From contig OZ252150.1 of assembly GCA_965248775.1 (NCBI GenBank), positions 3,988,042-4,052,041 of the forward strand: 64,000 nt of DNA, in the 5' to 3' direction. A program made the position numbers and the translations under genes. Of the stretch, positions 44,461 to 55,703 are shown piece after piece (the stretch's first letter is position 1; every line of letters starts with the position of its first letter). Source of the stretch: Anaerolineales bacterium (GTDB taxonomy: Bacteria; Chloroflexota; Anaerolineae; Anaerolineales; JBHHUI01). The notes under the pieces were generated by a model, which saw only the letters and a program-made list of their open reading frames with translations, searched no databases and was not told the DNA's origin.

Positions 44461-45705
44461 ACAACCGCGAAGTTGTAATTGTTGATGCTGTGCGCAGCCC
44501 GATTGGACGTGTGGGTGGCGTGCTTGCATCCGTGCGCCCCGATGATCTTTTGGCAGATGTCTTAGAGGCCCTTATCGAGCGCACTGGTGTCGACCCCGCA
44601 CTTGTCGAAGACGTATACGCTGGCTGCGGCAATCAGGCCGGTGAGGACAACCGAGACGTAGCCCGTATGGCACTACTGTTGGCTGGGTTTCCCAAGGAAG
44701 TCGGTGGAGTCACCGTCAATCGCAATTGCTCGTCTGGTTTGGAAGCCGTCAACCAGGCTGCGAAATCTATTCTGGTGGGCGAGGCAGACATCTTTATCGG
44801 TGCTGGTGTGGAGAGCATGAGTCGTGCGCCGTGGTCGCTGCCCAAGCCGGAGAAGGCCTATGCGGTCGGCCAGCCCAAACTATACGATACGACTGTGGGC
44901 TGGCGTTACGAGAATCCACGCATGGATGCCCTGTATCCAATTATTAGTCTGGGTGAGACAGCCGAAAACATCGCCGAAGAGATGAACATCACGCGCGAGG
45001 AACAGGATGCTTTCTCCGTGGAGAGTCATCAGCGGGCGGTCAACGCAATCAATGCTGGAAGGTTTCGGGATGAAATCGTCCCCATTCTTGTTGCGCAACG
45101 CAAAGGGGATGCGATCGTTGTCGATACTGACGAACATCCACGTTATCGACGCGACAACGGCCACTACGAACTCGATACCAGTATGGAGAAAATGGCGAAA
45201 TTGCGTCCATCCTTCCGAGAAGGTGGCACCGTCACGGCTGCTAGTTCGAGTGGTATCAACGATGGCGCAGCAGCGCTCATGCTGATGACCCGCCAGAAGG
45301 CCGACGAACTGGGACTCAAACCCATGGCGCGCTGGCTCGGCGGTGGCTGGCGTTGACCCCGGCGTGATGGGTTTTGGACCTGTTCCCGCAACGAAGAAGC
45401 TGCTCAAGCGACTTGACCTGAGCGTGGCTGACATTGGTCTCGTCGAGATTAACGAGGCCTTTGCAGCCCAGACGATTGCCGTGATGCACTTGCTCGATCT
45501 AAGCCCGGAGATCACCAATGTCAATGGTGGCGCCATAGCATTGGGGCATCCGTTAGGCTGTTCCGGCGCGTGCATCCTGACCACACTGTTGCACGAAATG
45601 AAGCGCCGCGCACCGGACGAGCAAGAGCCTTACCGTGGTCTGGCAACATTGTGTGTCGGGGTTGGGCAGGGCGTCTCGACGCTTGTGGAGTTCATTGGAG
45701 ATTAG
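44457..45705 (+). pseudogene. acetyl-CoA C-acetyltransferase (thiolase) with a frameshift near 45320-45345
   Basis: N-terminal thiolase (active-site Cys region NRNCSSGLEA). The C-terminal block ([18 protein letters not shown]) is in the other frame. The shift lies in the GC-rich stretch gcgctggctcggcggtggctggcg. Confidence 0.75.
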
Positions 45706-45759
45706 AGATGGGTGACTGGAGATGAATCTCCCATCCCAAGCTCCTATTCGGAATCATAC

Positions 45760-46155
45760 ATGAATCAACAGCGACCCTTATCCGGCATCCGCGTAATTGG
45801 ACTCGAACAGTACATGAGCGCGCCCTACTGCAGCATGTTACTTGCAGATGCCGGAGCCGAGGTGATTAAGATCGAACGTCCCGGCAGCGGCGATCCGCGA
45901 CGGGCAATTCCCCCCTTTGCGGAAGGCAAGAACGGCAACCGCAAAGCGGGTGGCTTCATGGCTTACAACCGCAACAAGAAGAGCCTGGCGCTCAACCTGC
46001 GCAGCGACTCTGGAAAAGAAGTGCTCAGAAAACTGATTGAGAAATCGGATGTGGTCGTTGAGAACTTGCGTCCAGGCGCAATGGACAAGCTGGGCCTGGG
46101 CTACAAAGCGCTGCAAGAACTCAACCCGCGCCTGATTTACGCTGCCATCTCAGCG
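45760..46155 (+). pseudogene. CoA-transferase family III (CaiB/BaiF) gene, N-terminal ~130 codons only
   Basis: LSGIRVIGLEQYMSAPYCSMLLADAGAEVIKIERPGSGD is the family N-terminus. Homology stops after ...RLIYAAIS (~46152). Confidence 0.7.
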
Positions 46156-46859
46156 CGGGAGACGCACAAGTGCTGCAGAGTGTTTTCGATCCGGTCACTG
46201 GAGCACTCACCCCCGCAGACGAATTGTGGCTGATTGATAAAACCGGGCAACTCAAAACATACACTAGCAATGGAGAGATTGCGTTGGTGGATATGCCGGC
46301 TGCAACACGCGCTGACTGGACGATCAGTGTTACCCGCATGCCCGACGAGACCATGTGGGTCAGTAGCGCGACGAGCGTGAGCGTTCACAACCCGGATTCT
46401 GGTCACTGGCAGGTTTACGATTCCATCCAAACCGGTCTGCAAGGCCCGATTGTTGAACTCGAGCGCGCGCCTGACGGAACTGTTTGGGGCTTACAAACGC
46501 ATACATTCGAAGAACCTATCTGGCGAAGTTGGGGCGTCAGCGCTTTGCAACCCACCGCAGATGGTGACTGGATGAACATTAATATGCGCCAATTAACCGG
46601 CCTCGAAGCGCCCACCACTCCCGATGCTCTCGCCACAGACGGTTATGGTCGTCTGTGGTTTATTGCTGAATCTTGTTATCTCAGCAAACGCTATATTGGA
46701 ATTCTAAATCCTGACGGCACTCTTGTCGAACTGGTGACCATCGGCGAACTAATCAACGAGCCGTATGGCATATTACCGGATGGTGCTGGTGGCGTTTTTC
46801 TGTACTACGGTAAAGAGGAGCCGTTGCGCCGTTGGATGCCGGCCTCACAAAAACAGTAG
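46150..46859 (+). pseudogene. C-terminal fragment of a beta-propeller (two-component-regulator-propeller/Y_Y_Y-like) protein, joined to the CaiB stump
   Basis: No start codon and no N-terminal domain. The frame is open only from 46062. Repeated D-G-x-hWh-style propeller blades. Confidence 0.5.
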
Positions 46860-46953
46860 AAACGGATCTCCCAATAAGAAATCCATCATTTTCAGAAAAG
46901 CACAGAACCTAAGAGTACGCTGTGATGACGCAGTGAAAAATTAATTCTGTATG

Positions 46954-48552
46954 TCATCCCGCCGAAGTACATTTGTATACTGAACTTAGCTGCGCAAACT
47001 GACTCGTCCGCCGATCCTCATCGTCAAGCCAGGCCCCGGCAATCTCTTCGACGAGCGTGCATTGCTCCTGCACGTACGCTGCCACTTCAAACCATTCCGG
47101 ACCCGGTTCCTGATAGCAGCCTGTCGCACGATCCAAAACTATATACTCAGGCGTAAGATGTTCCATTAACGTATCTATATTCGATATCCTTTTCTCATTC
47201 GACGACAAGAATGAACTTAAAGCCGGTGATCGACTCTCATTAATGAAGAAGAAGTACTCGTCCGCCAGAAACGTACGCCTGTCACGCAGCGCCCACCACC
47301 AGGTCATATCGGCGACAACGCGGGTCTCAGTAGGGATGACCGCTGCAACTGCATGGAAAGTCTGGCGATATTCCCCATCACGATAACGATAGATCAACCA
47401 GAGATCGCCTGCCAATTGCACGCTGAGAAATGCCCCGGTAATGAGAGCAAATACGCTCTCCCGCGAGTTATTCCATATCTTGCGCGCGGTGAGCCGATCA
47501 ACGAGTTTGTGCAATGTTGCGGCCCCTAAGACGAACCAGAAGGGACTCCATAAAATCGCGTACTGGATGAAGCGTTGCGAAAACACAAGCGCAAATATTC
47601 CAAGCGACCCGAGCGCAATCGCCGTGATCCAATTGCGAGCCGGAGCGCCATGACGCACCGCGGCCGCTAACCCAGCGAGGGCCAGTAGCAATTCCAACAG
47701 GGAGAGCAGCCCGCCTGCAACCCAGAAGGCCAGTCGGAGCCACTCGACAAATGAAACCAGCCGCTCCCATAACCCCAGGCTGCTGCCCGCATCCGCTAAC
47801 GTTGTATAGAGAAGAAGCTGCCCCAGATTAGCGATCGTCGCGTTCAGGTGGATAAGGACCCACAGAATGAGCGCGAGCAATAGGCCAGCGCCGATCGCAA
47901 CAATCTCACGCCAGCGTTTTTGACGCAGACCTAACTCCACAGCAAGAGCAATTGAGATTGCGCTGGTAAAAGCAAAGCCGTTGCCGTGAAAGTCACCGGG
48001 CACGACAAGCAGCACACCAATAAAAAAAGCATAGCCCAGCCTCCCGCGCGCAGTTAAGACCAGGTTGAGACTCAGCCAAACGGCCAGCAGAACAGCCGCT
48101 GTTGTCCAGGTCTCAGGGCGTGCTGTGTGCGCCGTGAGTAACGACTTCGTCGTCGTCGCGAAAAGCAATGCGGCACTTACTCCAACAGTTCGGTTGAAAA
48201 CACGAGCGCCGAGCTTGTAGGTGAGCACAGCAGCCAGCCCCCAACCCAGAATTGAAAACAAGCGCGCCGACCAGAGTGATAGGCCGAAGAGTTGGAACGT
48301 GGCGGCCAGGCCCAATGCGTATAGACGGCCGTGCGTCGCCATATTCAAATCGCGTCCTGCGGGGTCGCCCGCCGGCAACAAAGGTGACCAGTTTACCTGA
48401 CCGTGCTCTCGCAACGCGAATGCGCTGGCGCCATATCCGCTTTCGTCACACGAGGGCGCCGGATAGGTCTCAATAGAGACCGCAAATATAAGCAGGATGA
48501 GCAAGATGCTTGCGAACGATAAGACGTGCCAGCGACTCAGTTGGAGAGACAT
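46954..48552 (-). CDS. GT-C-fold glycosyltransferase (family 39/ArnT/PMT-like) integral membrane protein
   Basis: 532 aa. About 11 TM helices. N-terminal DE-containing loop and PMT-like periplasmic C-terminal domain. Confidence 0.6.
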   Translation of the reverse strand: MSLQLSRWHVLSFASILLILLIFAVSIETYPAPSCDESGYGASAFALREHGQVNWSPLLPAGDPAGRDLNMATHGRLYALGLAATFQLFGLSLWSARLFSILGWGLAAVLTYKLGARVFNRTVGVSAALLFATTTKSLLTAHTARPETWTTAAVLLAVWLSLNLVLTARGRLGYAFFIGVLLVVPGDFHGNGFAFTSAISIALAVELGLRQKRWREIVAIGAGLLLALILWVLIHLNATIANLGQLLLYTTLADAGSSLGLWERLVSFVEWLRLAFWVAGGLLSLLELLLALAGLAAAVRHGAPARNWITAIALGSLGIFALVFSQRFIQYAILWSPFWFVLGAATLHKLVDRLTARKIWNNSRESVFALITGAFLSVQLAGDLWLIYRYRDGEYRQTFHAVAAVIPTETRVVADMTWWWALRDRRTFLADEYFFFINESRSPALSSFLSSNEKRISNIDTLMEHLTPEYIVLDRATGCYQEPGPEWFEVAAYVQEQCTLVEEIAGAWLDDEDRRTSQFAQLSSVYKCTSAG

Positions 48553-48564
48553 TGCAAATTACGA

Positions 48565-48600
48565 TAACACAAAAGCCGCCCCGTTCATTGGAGCGGCTTC
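48565..48600 (-). terminator. intrinsic terminator downstream of acnA
   Basis: On the minus strand, AAGCCGC-loop-GCGGCTT followed by TTGTGTT. Confidence 0.5.
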
Positions 48601-48654
48601 AAGTTACGGTTCCTACGAAATTCGCGGCTTTAGATTATTACGTGCGTTCCTTGC

Positions 48655-51363
48655 TTACTCTTTCAGCATGTTTCGCAGCACCGTGTGCAGGATACCGCCA
48701 TTGCGATAGTATTCCACCTCCACCGGTGCATCGATCCGGCAAGTAGTAGTGAACTCCAGGATGCTGCCGTCTTCGCGGGTAGCGTGCACAGCGATGTCCT
48801 GCTGTGGTTGCAGATCATCGGGGAGGTCGATATCGAACGTCTCCTGACCGGTCAACCCGAGTGACTGCCATGTTTCGCCAGCCTTGAATTGCAAAGGCAT
48901 CACACCCATGCCGATCAGGTTGCTCCGATGAATACGTTCTAAGCTCGCGGAGATCACAGCCCGCACACCGAGCATCTGTGTGCCTTTGGCCGCCCAGTCG
49001 CGCGATGAGCCGATACCGTATTCCGCACCCGTAAGGATCACGAGTGGTGTGCCATCTTCTTTATATTTCTCGGCCGCATCAAATATGCTCATCTGTTCGC
49101 CGCTGGGCAAATGCGTCGTTACGCCGCCTTCGGTACCTGGTGCGAGCAGGTTTTTCAAACGAATGTTGGCGAAGGTACCGCGCAGCAGCACTTGGTCGTT
49201 GCCACGCCGCGATCCGTAGGTATTAAAGTCCTTGCGCTCTACTCCTAGCCCCAACAGGTAATCCCCAGCCGGGCTATTGCCGGCAATACCCCCGGCGGGC
49301 GAAATGTGATCTGTAGTTACCGAATCTCCGAGAAGTGCCAGCACTCGCGCCCCGCGCACCGGGTTAATTGCGGGAGTCTCCAATGGCATGTCTACAAAGA
49401 AAGGCGGTTCTTGGATATATGTTGATGCGGCATCCCAATCGTAGAGCGCGCCGCCCACGCCGGCGACTTCGTTCCAGCGTTCGTTTCCCGTGAACACGTC
49501 CGCATAACGGTCGGCGAACTGATCTGGACTGACAGCTTTTTCAACCATCGCTGCGGTCTCGGATTGGCTCGGCCAGATATCGCGTAAATATACTGCTTGT
49601 CCGGCACCGTCCAATCCGAGCGGCTCAGTCTCCAGATCGATATCTACAGTACCGACCAAAGCGTAGGCCACCACGAGCGGAGGCGAAGCGAGATAGCTGG
49701 CTTTGACAAGTGGATGAATGCGTCCCTCGAAATTACGATTGCCCGAGAGCACTGACGCTGCGACCAAGCCACTTTCTTCCACAGCGGAAGAGATGACTTC
49801 CGACAGCGGCCCACTGTTTCCAATGCAGGTTGTACAGCCATAGCCGACTGTATAGAAACCGAGCTGCTCAAGATATGGAGTCAGTTCGGCTGCCTCTAAA
49901 TACTCAGTCACCACGCGTGACCCGGGGGCCAGGCTGGTTTTGACATATGGTTTGACAGTCAGCCCCTTTTCAACGGCGTTCTTCGCCAGCAACCCAGCTG
50001 CGAGCATCACGTTTGGATTAGACGTATTGGTACAGGAAGTGATCGCTGCAATGACGACCGCGCCATGACTCAACTGAGTTGGCTGCGCTCCATTGCCATT
50101 TGAGGCCAGAGCCACGTCAACTGTGAGGTGCGCAGCAATCTCGTCCAATGCAAAGCCGTACTCGCTCGTAGGAGCGCGTAGGGCTTTACCAAATGCACGC
50201 TTCATCTCCACCAATGGCACCCGATCATGTGGTCGCTTTGGCCCGGCCAGACTGGTTTGTACGCTACCCAGGTCCAATTCAAGCGTATCCGTAAATATAG
50301 GGTCGGGTGTGTCGTCCGTGCGGAAGAGCCCCTGTTCTTTGGAATAGCGTTCGACCAGATCAATAAGTTCAGCCGGCCGTGCAGTCTGGCGCATGTAATC
50401 GAGGGTCTCAGCATCGACCGGGAAAAAGCCAATCGTCGCACCGTACTCCGGCGCCATATTGGCAATCGTCGCGCGGTCTGGCAGGCTCATATTGCTCAGA
50501 CCAGGGCCGTAGAACTCTACAAATTTTCCAACAACGCCTCTCGCGCGCAACATCTGTACAACCGTGAGCGTGAGGTCGGTGGCCGTGGTTCCTTCCGGCA
50601 GCTCGCCAAAGAATCTGAAACCAATCACCTCGGGCGCGAGTATGTAGACCGGTTGGCCGAGCAAAGCAGCCTCCGCCTCGATCCCGCCGACGCCCCAGGC
50701 CAGAATGCCAAGGCTATTGATCATCGTGGTGTGCGAGTCCGTACCAACGAGCGAATCCGGGAAGGCTTCTACGCCAGCAGCGCTCTCGCGGCGCTGCACA
50801 ACCCGTCCCAGATACTCCAGGTTGACCTGATGCACGATACCGGTTGCGGGCGGCACCACGCGCAAGTTGTCAAACGCCTTACTGGCCCAGGCGAGAGTCG
50901 CATAGCGTTCCTGATTGCGCTGAAATTCGATATCGGCATTGCGGAAGAGAGCGAGGCCGGACCCGAAATGGTCCACCTGCACGGAGTGATCGATCACGAT
51001 ATCGACCGGGATGAGCGGATTGATGCGCGCCGGATCACCACCCATGCGTTGCATGGCCGCGCGCATCGCCGCCAGATCTACAACTGACGGTACGCCTGTG
51101 AAGTCCTGCATGATGATGCGCACTGGTTTGAAAGGAATCTCCACTTGCGCGGGTGCGGTTGCGTTCCAGGCAGCCAAATTGCGCACATCCTGCGCCGTAA
51201 CAAGATGGCCGTCCTCATTGCGCAGCAATGCTTCCAGCAGAACTTTGATCGAGAATGGCAGCTGCGAGACATCCTGCTCCAGCTTGTCGAGACGATAGAT
51301 GTTTACGTCGCCGGAGGCGGTGGAAAGGGAAGTACGGGCGTTGAAAGTGTTAGATTGTGTCAC
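48655..51363 (-). CDS. acnA: aconitate hydratase A
   Basis: 902 aa aconitase A/IRP family ([33 protein letters not shown] motifs). Confidence 0.92.
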   Translation of the reverse strand: MTQSNTFNARTSLSTASGDVNIYRLDKLEQDVSQLPFSIKVLLEALLRNEDGHLVTAQDVRNLAAWNATAPAQVEIPFKPVRIIMQDFTGVPSVVDLAAMRAAMQRMGGDPARINPLIPVDIVIDHSVQVDHFGSGLALFRNADIEFQRNQERYATLAWASKAFDNLRVVPPATGIVHQVNLEYLGRVVQRRESAAGVEAFPDSLVGTDSHTTMINSLGILAWGVGGIEAEAALLGQPVYILAPEVIGFRFFGELPEGTTATDLTLTVVQMLRARGVVGKFVEFYGPGLSNMSLPDRATIANMAPEYGATIGFFPVDAETLDYMRQTARPAELIDLVERYSKEQGLFRTDDTPDPIFTDTLELDLGSVQTSLAGPKRPHDRVPLVEMKRAFGKALRAPTSEYGFALDEIAAHLTVDVALASNGNGAQPTQLSHGAVVIAAITSCTNTSNPNVMLAAGLLAKNAVEKGLTVKPYVKTSLAPGSRVVTEYLEAAELTPYLEQLGFYTVGYGCTTCIGNSGPLSEVISSAVEESGLVAASVLSGNRNFEGRIHPLVKASYLASPPLVVAYALVGTVDIDLETEPLGLDGAGQAVYLRDIWPSQSETAAMVEKAVSPDQFADRYADVFTGNERWNEVAGVGGALYDWDAASTYIQEPPFFVDMPLETPAINPVRGARVLALLGDSVTTDHISPAGGIAGNSPAGDYLLGLGVERKDFNTYGSRRGNDQVLLRGTFANIRLKNLLAPGTEGGVTTHLPSGEQMSIFDAAEKYKEDGTPLVILTGAEYGIGSSRDWAAKGTQMLGVRAVISASLERIHRSNLIGMGVMPLQFKAGETWQSLGLTGQETFDIDLPDDLQPQQDIAVHATREDGSILEFTTTCRIDAPVEVEYYRNGGILHTVLRNMLKE

Positions 51364-51602
51364 TCAGATATAGTCCTATTGCAGATTGGTCTTGACCTTC
51401 CTAATTGTAAAAAAGAGTTCCTGATGTCAGTCGATAGAGTCACCGACTTTTTCTTTGACTTGCTTCACTTCAGCTTCGGAAAGCTCTAATCCGAACCTCT
51501 CGTCGGCAACAAATCTCGCTACATAAATGTTGAGGAGTGGATGAATTGTTCTCCCAGAGCATTCGCACTGTCAATTACTCTGCCCCCACTTTAGTCGGCT
51601 TC

Positions 51603-52232
51603 TCAGTTCTCTCGCTCATGCGGCCCGTCGTCCACGTGTTGCGCCAGTTCCCACAGGCGGCGGAATTCGGGCTGCACGCTATCGTCCAATCGATCTGCGA
51701 AGTCAAGCGGCAGGCTGAGTTCCTCGACCAGGCGCTGCACGTCGGCAAGGTCGATCAGTTCGCGGTGCGGCGCGGACAGACCGGATGCGAGTTTGAGTTC
51801 AATAAGTTTTTCCAACGATACGACTGCGTAGCCATCGCGGTCGACGGCACCCTGCACCGGATCGGGGAACGCCACTGGCTTTGGTTTCCCATCACCGGGA
51901 TATTCACCCGCCGTGATGGTTTCGATCTTGACCTTGGTCTCGGTATCGCGAAACGATTTCGAAGCTCCGGCAAACGCTAATAGGTAACCCCGTCCAACAA
52001 GTCGCTCGTGAAAGCGGTCAAGTCCCGCTGATGTCAGCAATATATCGACATCGGTGGTTTGACGGGTATAGCCATGGAGATTAAGCGCCATGCCGCCGAT
52101 GATCGCATATGGGATCGACTCTCGGTCCAAATTCTGAGCCAGCCGCTGGATCGTCATGTAAACGGCCCCCTCACGCATGAAGAACTTCTCCGACTCGCGT
52201 AAAATTTTGGCTGCAGAGCGCAACCGCGTCAT
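51603..52232 (-). CDS. Pol-beta-superfamily nucleotidyltransferase-like protein (hypothetical; possibly AbiEii/toxin-like)
   Basis: Minimal NTase motif IIGGMALNLHGYTRQTTDVDIL (GG-x9-13-DxD). It sits between gltA and acnA. Start uncertain. Confidence 0.4.
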   Translation of the reverse strand: MTRLRSAAKILRESEKFFMREGAVYMTIQRLAQNLDRESIPYAIIGGMALNLHGYTRQTTDVDILLTSAGLDRFHERLVGRGYLLAFAGASKSFRDTETKVKIETITAGEYPGDGKPKPVAFPDPVQGAVDRDGYAVVSLEKLIELKLASGLSAPHRELIDLADVQRLVEELSLPLDFADRLDDSVQPEFRRLWELAQHVDDGPHEREN

Positions 52233-53371
52233 CCTCGCTCTGCAAGCGGCTGAAATTCCCGATCGCTTGGGCCCACATACCTCCCTTTCGGGCGGATGAG
52301 GGTCGCGTCGCGGTATTGTTCGATCACGTGTGCGCTCCAGCCTGCGACACGCGCGATCGCAAACACACAGGTGTCCAGATCAGTCGGGATGCCGAGATAG
52401 TACAGCAGTGGTGCGGAATAGAAATCTACATTCGGATACAGTTCTTTGTGCCGCAGCACCGCCGACGCGACGCCGGTGGCCATGTCCACATAAACTGATC
52501 CATCGCCGCGCGCACTCTCCATCTTGCGCGTCCACTCTATCAGATGTTTTGCGCGCGGGTCGCCGGTCTTGTAAATGCGATGACCGATACCCATGATTTT
52601 GCGCTTCTCGGCAAAGGCAGCGTCGACATACTCGTCCAAGCCTTCCATTATGCCGATATCGAGAAGCATGTTCATAGTGGCTTCGGCTGCCCCACCATGC
52701 AGATTACCTTTCAGAGCGCCCGTAGCGGATGTAACGGCAGCATGAATGTCCGCATTCGTGGATGCAACAACACGGGCTGTGAATGTAGAAGCGTTGAGGG
52801 TATGGTCCGCCAGCAACACGAAATATAAATTCATGGCCGCGGCCGTCAAATCATCCGGGAGTTCGCCTGTGAGCATGTAGAGAAAATTCTCGGCATGTTC
52901 CAGTTCCGTTTTTGGCGGCACAGCTTCTTGACGCGAGCGCGCCCGTTCGATTGCGGCCACGATGACCGGAAATTGCGCGACGAGGCGCATCCCCTTTCGA
53001 CCACTCGAGTCAATCGTAATGTCGTTGGGATCCGACTCCTCGAGAGCCAGCGCTGAGACGGCCGTACGCAAGAGGTCCATTGGGATGGCATCTGACGGTG
53101 CATTGCGGATCAACCGGACGACAGAGTCGGGTAAAACTCGATGCGCTGACAGTTGCTGCTTTAGCCGAGAAAGTTGATCGGCAGTGGGCAATTCGCCATA
53201 GAACAACAAATAAACAACCTCTTCATAACTTGTCGTTCCAGCAAGATCGTCGATGTTATATCCAGTGTATTTCAGGATTCCGTTCTCACCATCAACGGAC
53301 GACAACTGTGACTCGGCTGCGATGACGCCGACCAAACCTTTGGCATACGTCGGCGTGGACTGTTCAGACAT
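52229..53371 (-). CDS. gltA: citrate synthase
   Basis: 380-aa type-I citrate synthase (GLVGVIAAESQLS, GHRIYK, DPRA motifs). Confidence 0.9.
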   Translation of the reverse strand: MSEQSTPTYAKGLVGVIAAESQLSSVDGENGILKYTGYNIDDLAGTTSYEEVVYLLFYGELPTADQLSRLKQQLSAHRVLPDSVVRLIRNAPSDAIPMDLLRTAVSALALEESDPNDITIDSSGRKGMRLVAQFPVIVAAIERARSRQEAVPPKTELEHAENFLYMLTGELPDDLTAAAMNLYFVLLADHTLNASTFTARVVASTNADIHAAVTSATGALKGNLHGGAAEATMNMLLDIGIMEGLDEYVDAAFAEKRKIMGIGHRIYKTGDPRAKHLIEWTRKMESARGDGSVYVDMATGVASAVLRHKELYPNVDFYSAPLLYYLGIPTDLDTCVFAIARVAGWSAHVIEQYRDATLIRPKGRYVGPSDREFQPLAERG

Positions 53372-53505
53372 ACGGAATCAACCTCTTCTCATGTAGGGGG
53401 TTTTGTACTTAACCGGAGTATATCATTGCGAAAATGCGCCGTCAAAAACGGCGCATACTGCAAGTATGCTATTTCAGGTGCGGGCCGAAATTACGAGCTG
53501 CTTGG

Positions 53506-54525
53506 TTAAGTTGTTGCCAGACGCTCGCTGTATTGCCGAGCGTAATATTCCTTAAAATCGCCGTCTTTGATGGGTCGCCACCACCACGCATTGGCTTGAT
53601 ACCATTCCACAGTCTTTGCAAGTGCCGCCTCGAACTCGTGTTGTGGAGCCCATCCTAGTGCATGTAATTTTTCGCAATCCAATGCATAACGGCGGTCATG
53701 ACCCGGCCTGTCCGTCACCGGCTGGATTAAGTCATCAGGTTTGCCCAGTAATTCCAGGATAAGTTTTGTAACTTCAATATTCTGGCGTTCGTTGCCACCG
53801 CCAAGGTTGTAAATTTCACCTGGCGGGCCGGCATGCAATACCAGATCGATCCCCGCACAATGGTCCTCGACGTACAACCAATCGCGCACCTGCCGGCCAT
53901 CGCCATAGAGCGGTAATGGTTGATCATCTATCGCATTTGTGATGAACAGCGGTGCGACCTTCTCCGGATACTGATATGGACCAAATGTGTTGCTGCCACG
54001 GGTGACAACGATATTCATTCCATACGTTTCGTGATAAGCGCGCACCATCATCTCGCCGCCCGCTTTGCTTGCTGCGTACGGACTATTCGGCTCCAGCAAA
54101 TCCCCTTCCTTGAAGAAGCCCTGCGGGATACTGCCGTACACTTCGTCCGTGCTGACCTGATGAAAACGCTCCACGTCCTGCTGTCTGGCAACATCCAGAA
54201 GAATGTATGTGCCAACAACATCCGTATGAACAAAAGCGTCCGGGGTCAGGATCGAACGGTCCACATGCGATTCGGCAGCAAAGTTGACAATTGTGTCAAT
54301 CTCGTTCGATTTGATGGCGCGTTCCACAGCCGTACGGTCGGCAATATCACCCCGCAAAAACTTGTAACGGGGATTATCGTGCGCATCGAGTAAATTGTTG
54401 AGATTGCCAGCATACGTGAGCTTGTCAAAAGCGATGATGGTGTACTCGGGATATTTCGCGAGCATGTAATGGACGAAGTTCGAGCCGATGAAGCCCGCAC
54501 CGCCAGTGACCAGAATGTTTTTCAT
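53506..54525 (-). CDS. rfbB: dTDP-glucose 4,6-dehydratase
   Basis: Extended-SDR with GGAGFIGSNF and YAASKAG catalytic motif. Confidence 0.9.
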   Translation of the reverse strand: MKNILVTGGAGFIGSNFVHYMLAKYPEYTIIAFDKLTYAGNLNNLLDAHDNPRYKFLRGDIADRTAVERAIKSNEIDTIVNFAAESHVDRSILTPDAFVHTDVVGTYILLDVARQQDVERFHQVSTDEVYGSIPQGFFKEGDLLEPNSPYAASKAGGEMMVRAYHETYGMNIVVTRGSNTFGPYQYPEKVAPLFITNAIDDQPLPLYGDGRQVRDWLYVEDHCAGIDLVLHAGPPGEIYNLGGGNERQNIEVTKLILELLGKPDDLIQPVTDRPGHDRRYALDCEKLHALGWAPQHEFEAALAKTVEWYQANAWWWRPIKDGDFKEYYARQYSERLATT

Positions 54526-54571
54526 TTGAACTGAATCTCCAGTTCAAGCTCGTCGCGAGAGATAATATCCT

Positions 54572-55639
54572 TCACACCAAGTCTACCTGCGAATAGTCGC
54601 CCAAATTAATGTTGATTGAGCGTGGCCGCCGATCCGATTGAGTGAGATAAACATTGCGCCCGATAAGCGAGTCCTGGATGCGTGCGTCCACATCGACGAT
54701 CTGAGAATTTTCAAGAATGATCACATGCTCGAGTTCGCTGTTCTTCACAACACAGTCATGGTAAATCGATGAGTACGGGCCGATGAAGGCGTTCTCAATG
54801 CGCGTGTTCTCACCAATGATGGAGGGGCCCCGGATCGTGCTATTGATCACCTGCGCGCCGGCCTGGATTGTCACACGGCGCCCAATGGTGGAGGCCTCAT
54901 CGATATCGCCGTGAACCTGTGGGGTCATTTCATCCAGCACATGGTCATTGGCGTCGAGCATATCAGTGGGCTTGCCTGTATCGATCCACCAACCTTCATG
55001 AACATAGGGATGTACGATATATCCCTGATCCATCAACCACTGGATAGCATCGGTGATCTCGAGTTCGCCGCGCTCGGATGGCCGAATGGCGTGCACCGCC
55101 TCGCGAACATGCCGATCGAACATATAAATCCCAACCAAGGCTAGATCTGAAGGCGGAACGGGCGGCTTCTCGATCAGTCTTTGAATACTGCCATCGCCAT
55201 TGAGTACAGCTACACCAAACTGCTGTGGATTCGTAACACGTTTGAGTACGATCTGGCTGTTCCAATCCGACTCGGCGAATTGCCTGATCAGACGACTGAT
55301 GCCGCCTTCGATCACGTTGTCACCCAAAAACATTACAAAGCGGTCGTCGCCGATAAAGTCGAGTGACTCTCGGACAGCATGCGCCAACCCGGCGGGCGAG
55401 GTTTGCCGGATGTAAGTGATATTAACATCCCAATTTTCGCCGGAGCCAACAACTGACCGAATTTCGGGTTCGGTTTCGCCAACGACGATGCCGATCTCAT
55501 CGATACCCGCAGCATGAATCGCCCGGATCACACGAATGAGCACCGGCTCATTGGCAACAGGTATCAGTTGTTTTGCACGCGTGTAAGTGAGCGGGTAAAG
55601 CCGCGTACCCTTACCACCGGAGAGGATCAGGCCTTTCAT
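54572..55639 (-). CDS. rmlA: glucose-1-phosphate thymidylyltransferase (long form with a C-terminal left-handed beta-helix)
   Basis: MKGLILSGGKGTRLYPLT N-terminus. 355 aa. Confidence 0.88.
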   Translation of the reverse strand: MKGLILSGGKGTRLYPLTYTRAKQLIPVANEPVLIRVIRAIHAAGIDEIGIVVGETEPEIRSVVGSGENWDVNITYIRQTSPAGLAHAVRESLDFIGDDRFVMFLGDNVIEGGISRLIRQFAESDWNSQIVLKRVTNPQQFGVAVLNGDGSIQRLIEKPPVPPSDLALVGIYMFDRHVREAVHAIRPSERGELEITDAIQWLMDQGYIVHPYVHEGWWIDTGKPTDMLDANDHVLDEMTPQVHGDIDEASTIGRRVTIQAGAQVINSTIRGPSIIGENTRIENAFIGPYSSIYHDCVVKNSELEHVIILENSQIVDVDARIQDSLIGRNVYLTQSDRRPRSININLGDYSQVDLV

Positions 55640-55703
55640 CTTCTTTGAGCGCAGTTATCCCGCCATCGTCCGAGGCAGCCTCTGGATTGCAGCGCAGTCT
55701 GCC

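Noticed and set aside
50227-51087. 286-aa ORF antisense to acnA
   Set aside because: Contained within aconitase, the best-supported gene in the window.
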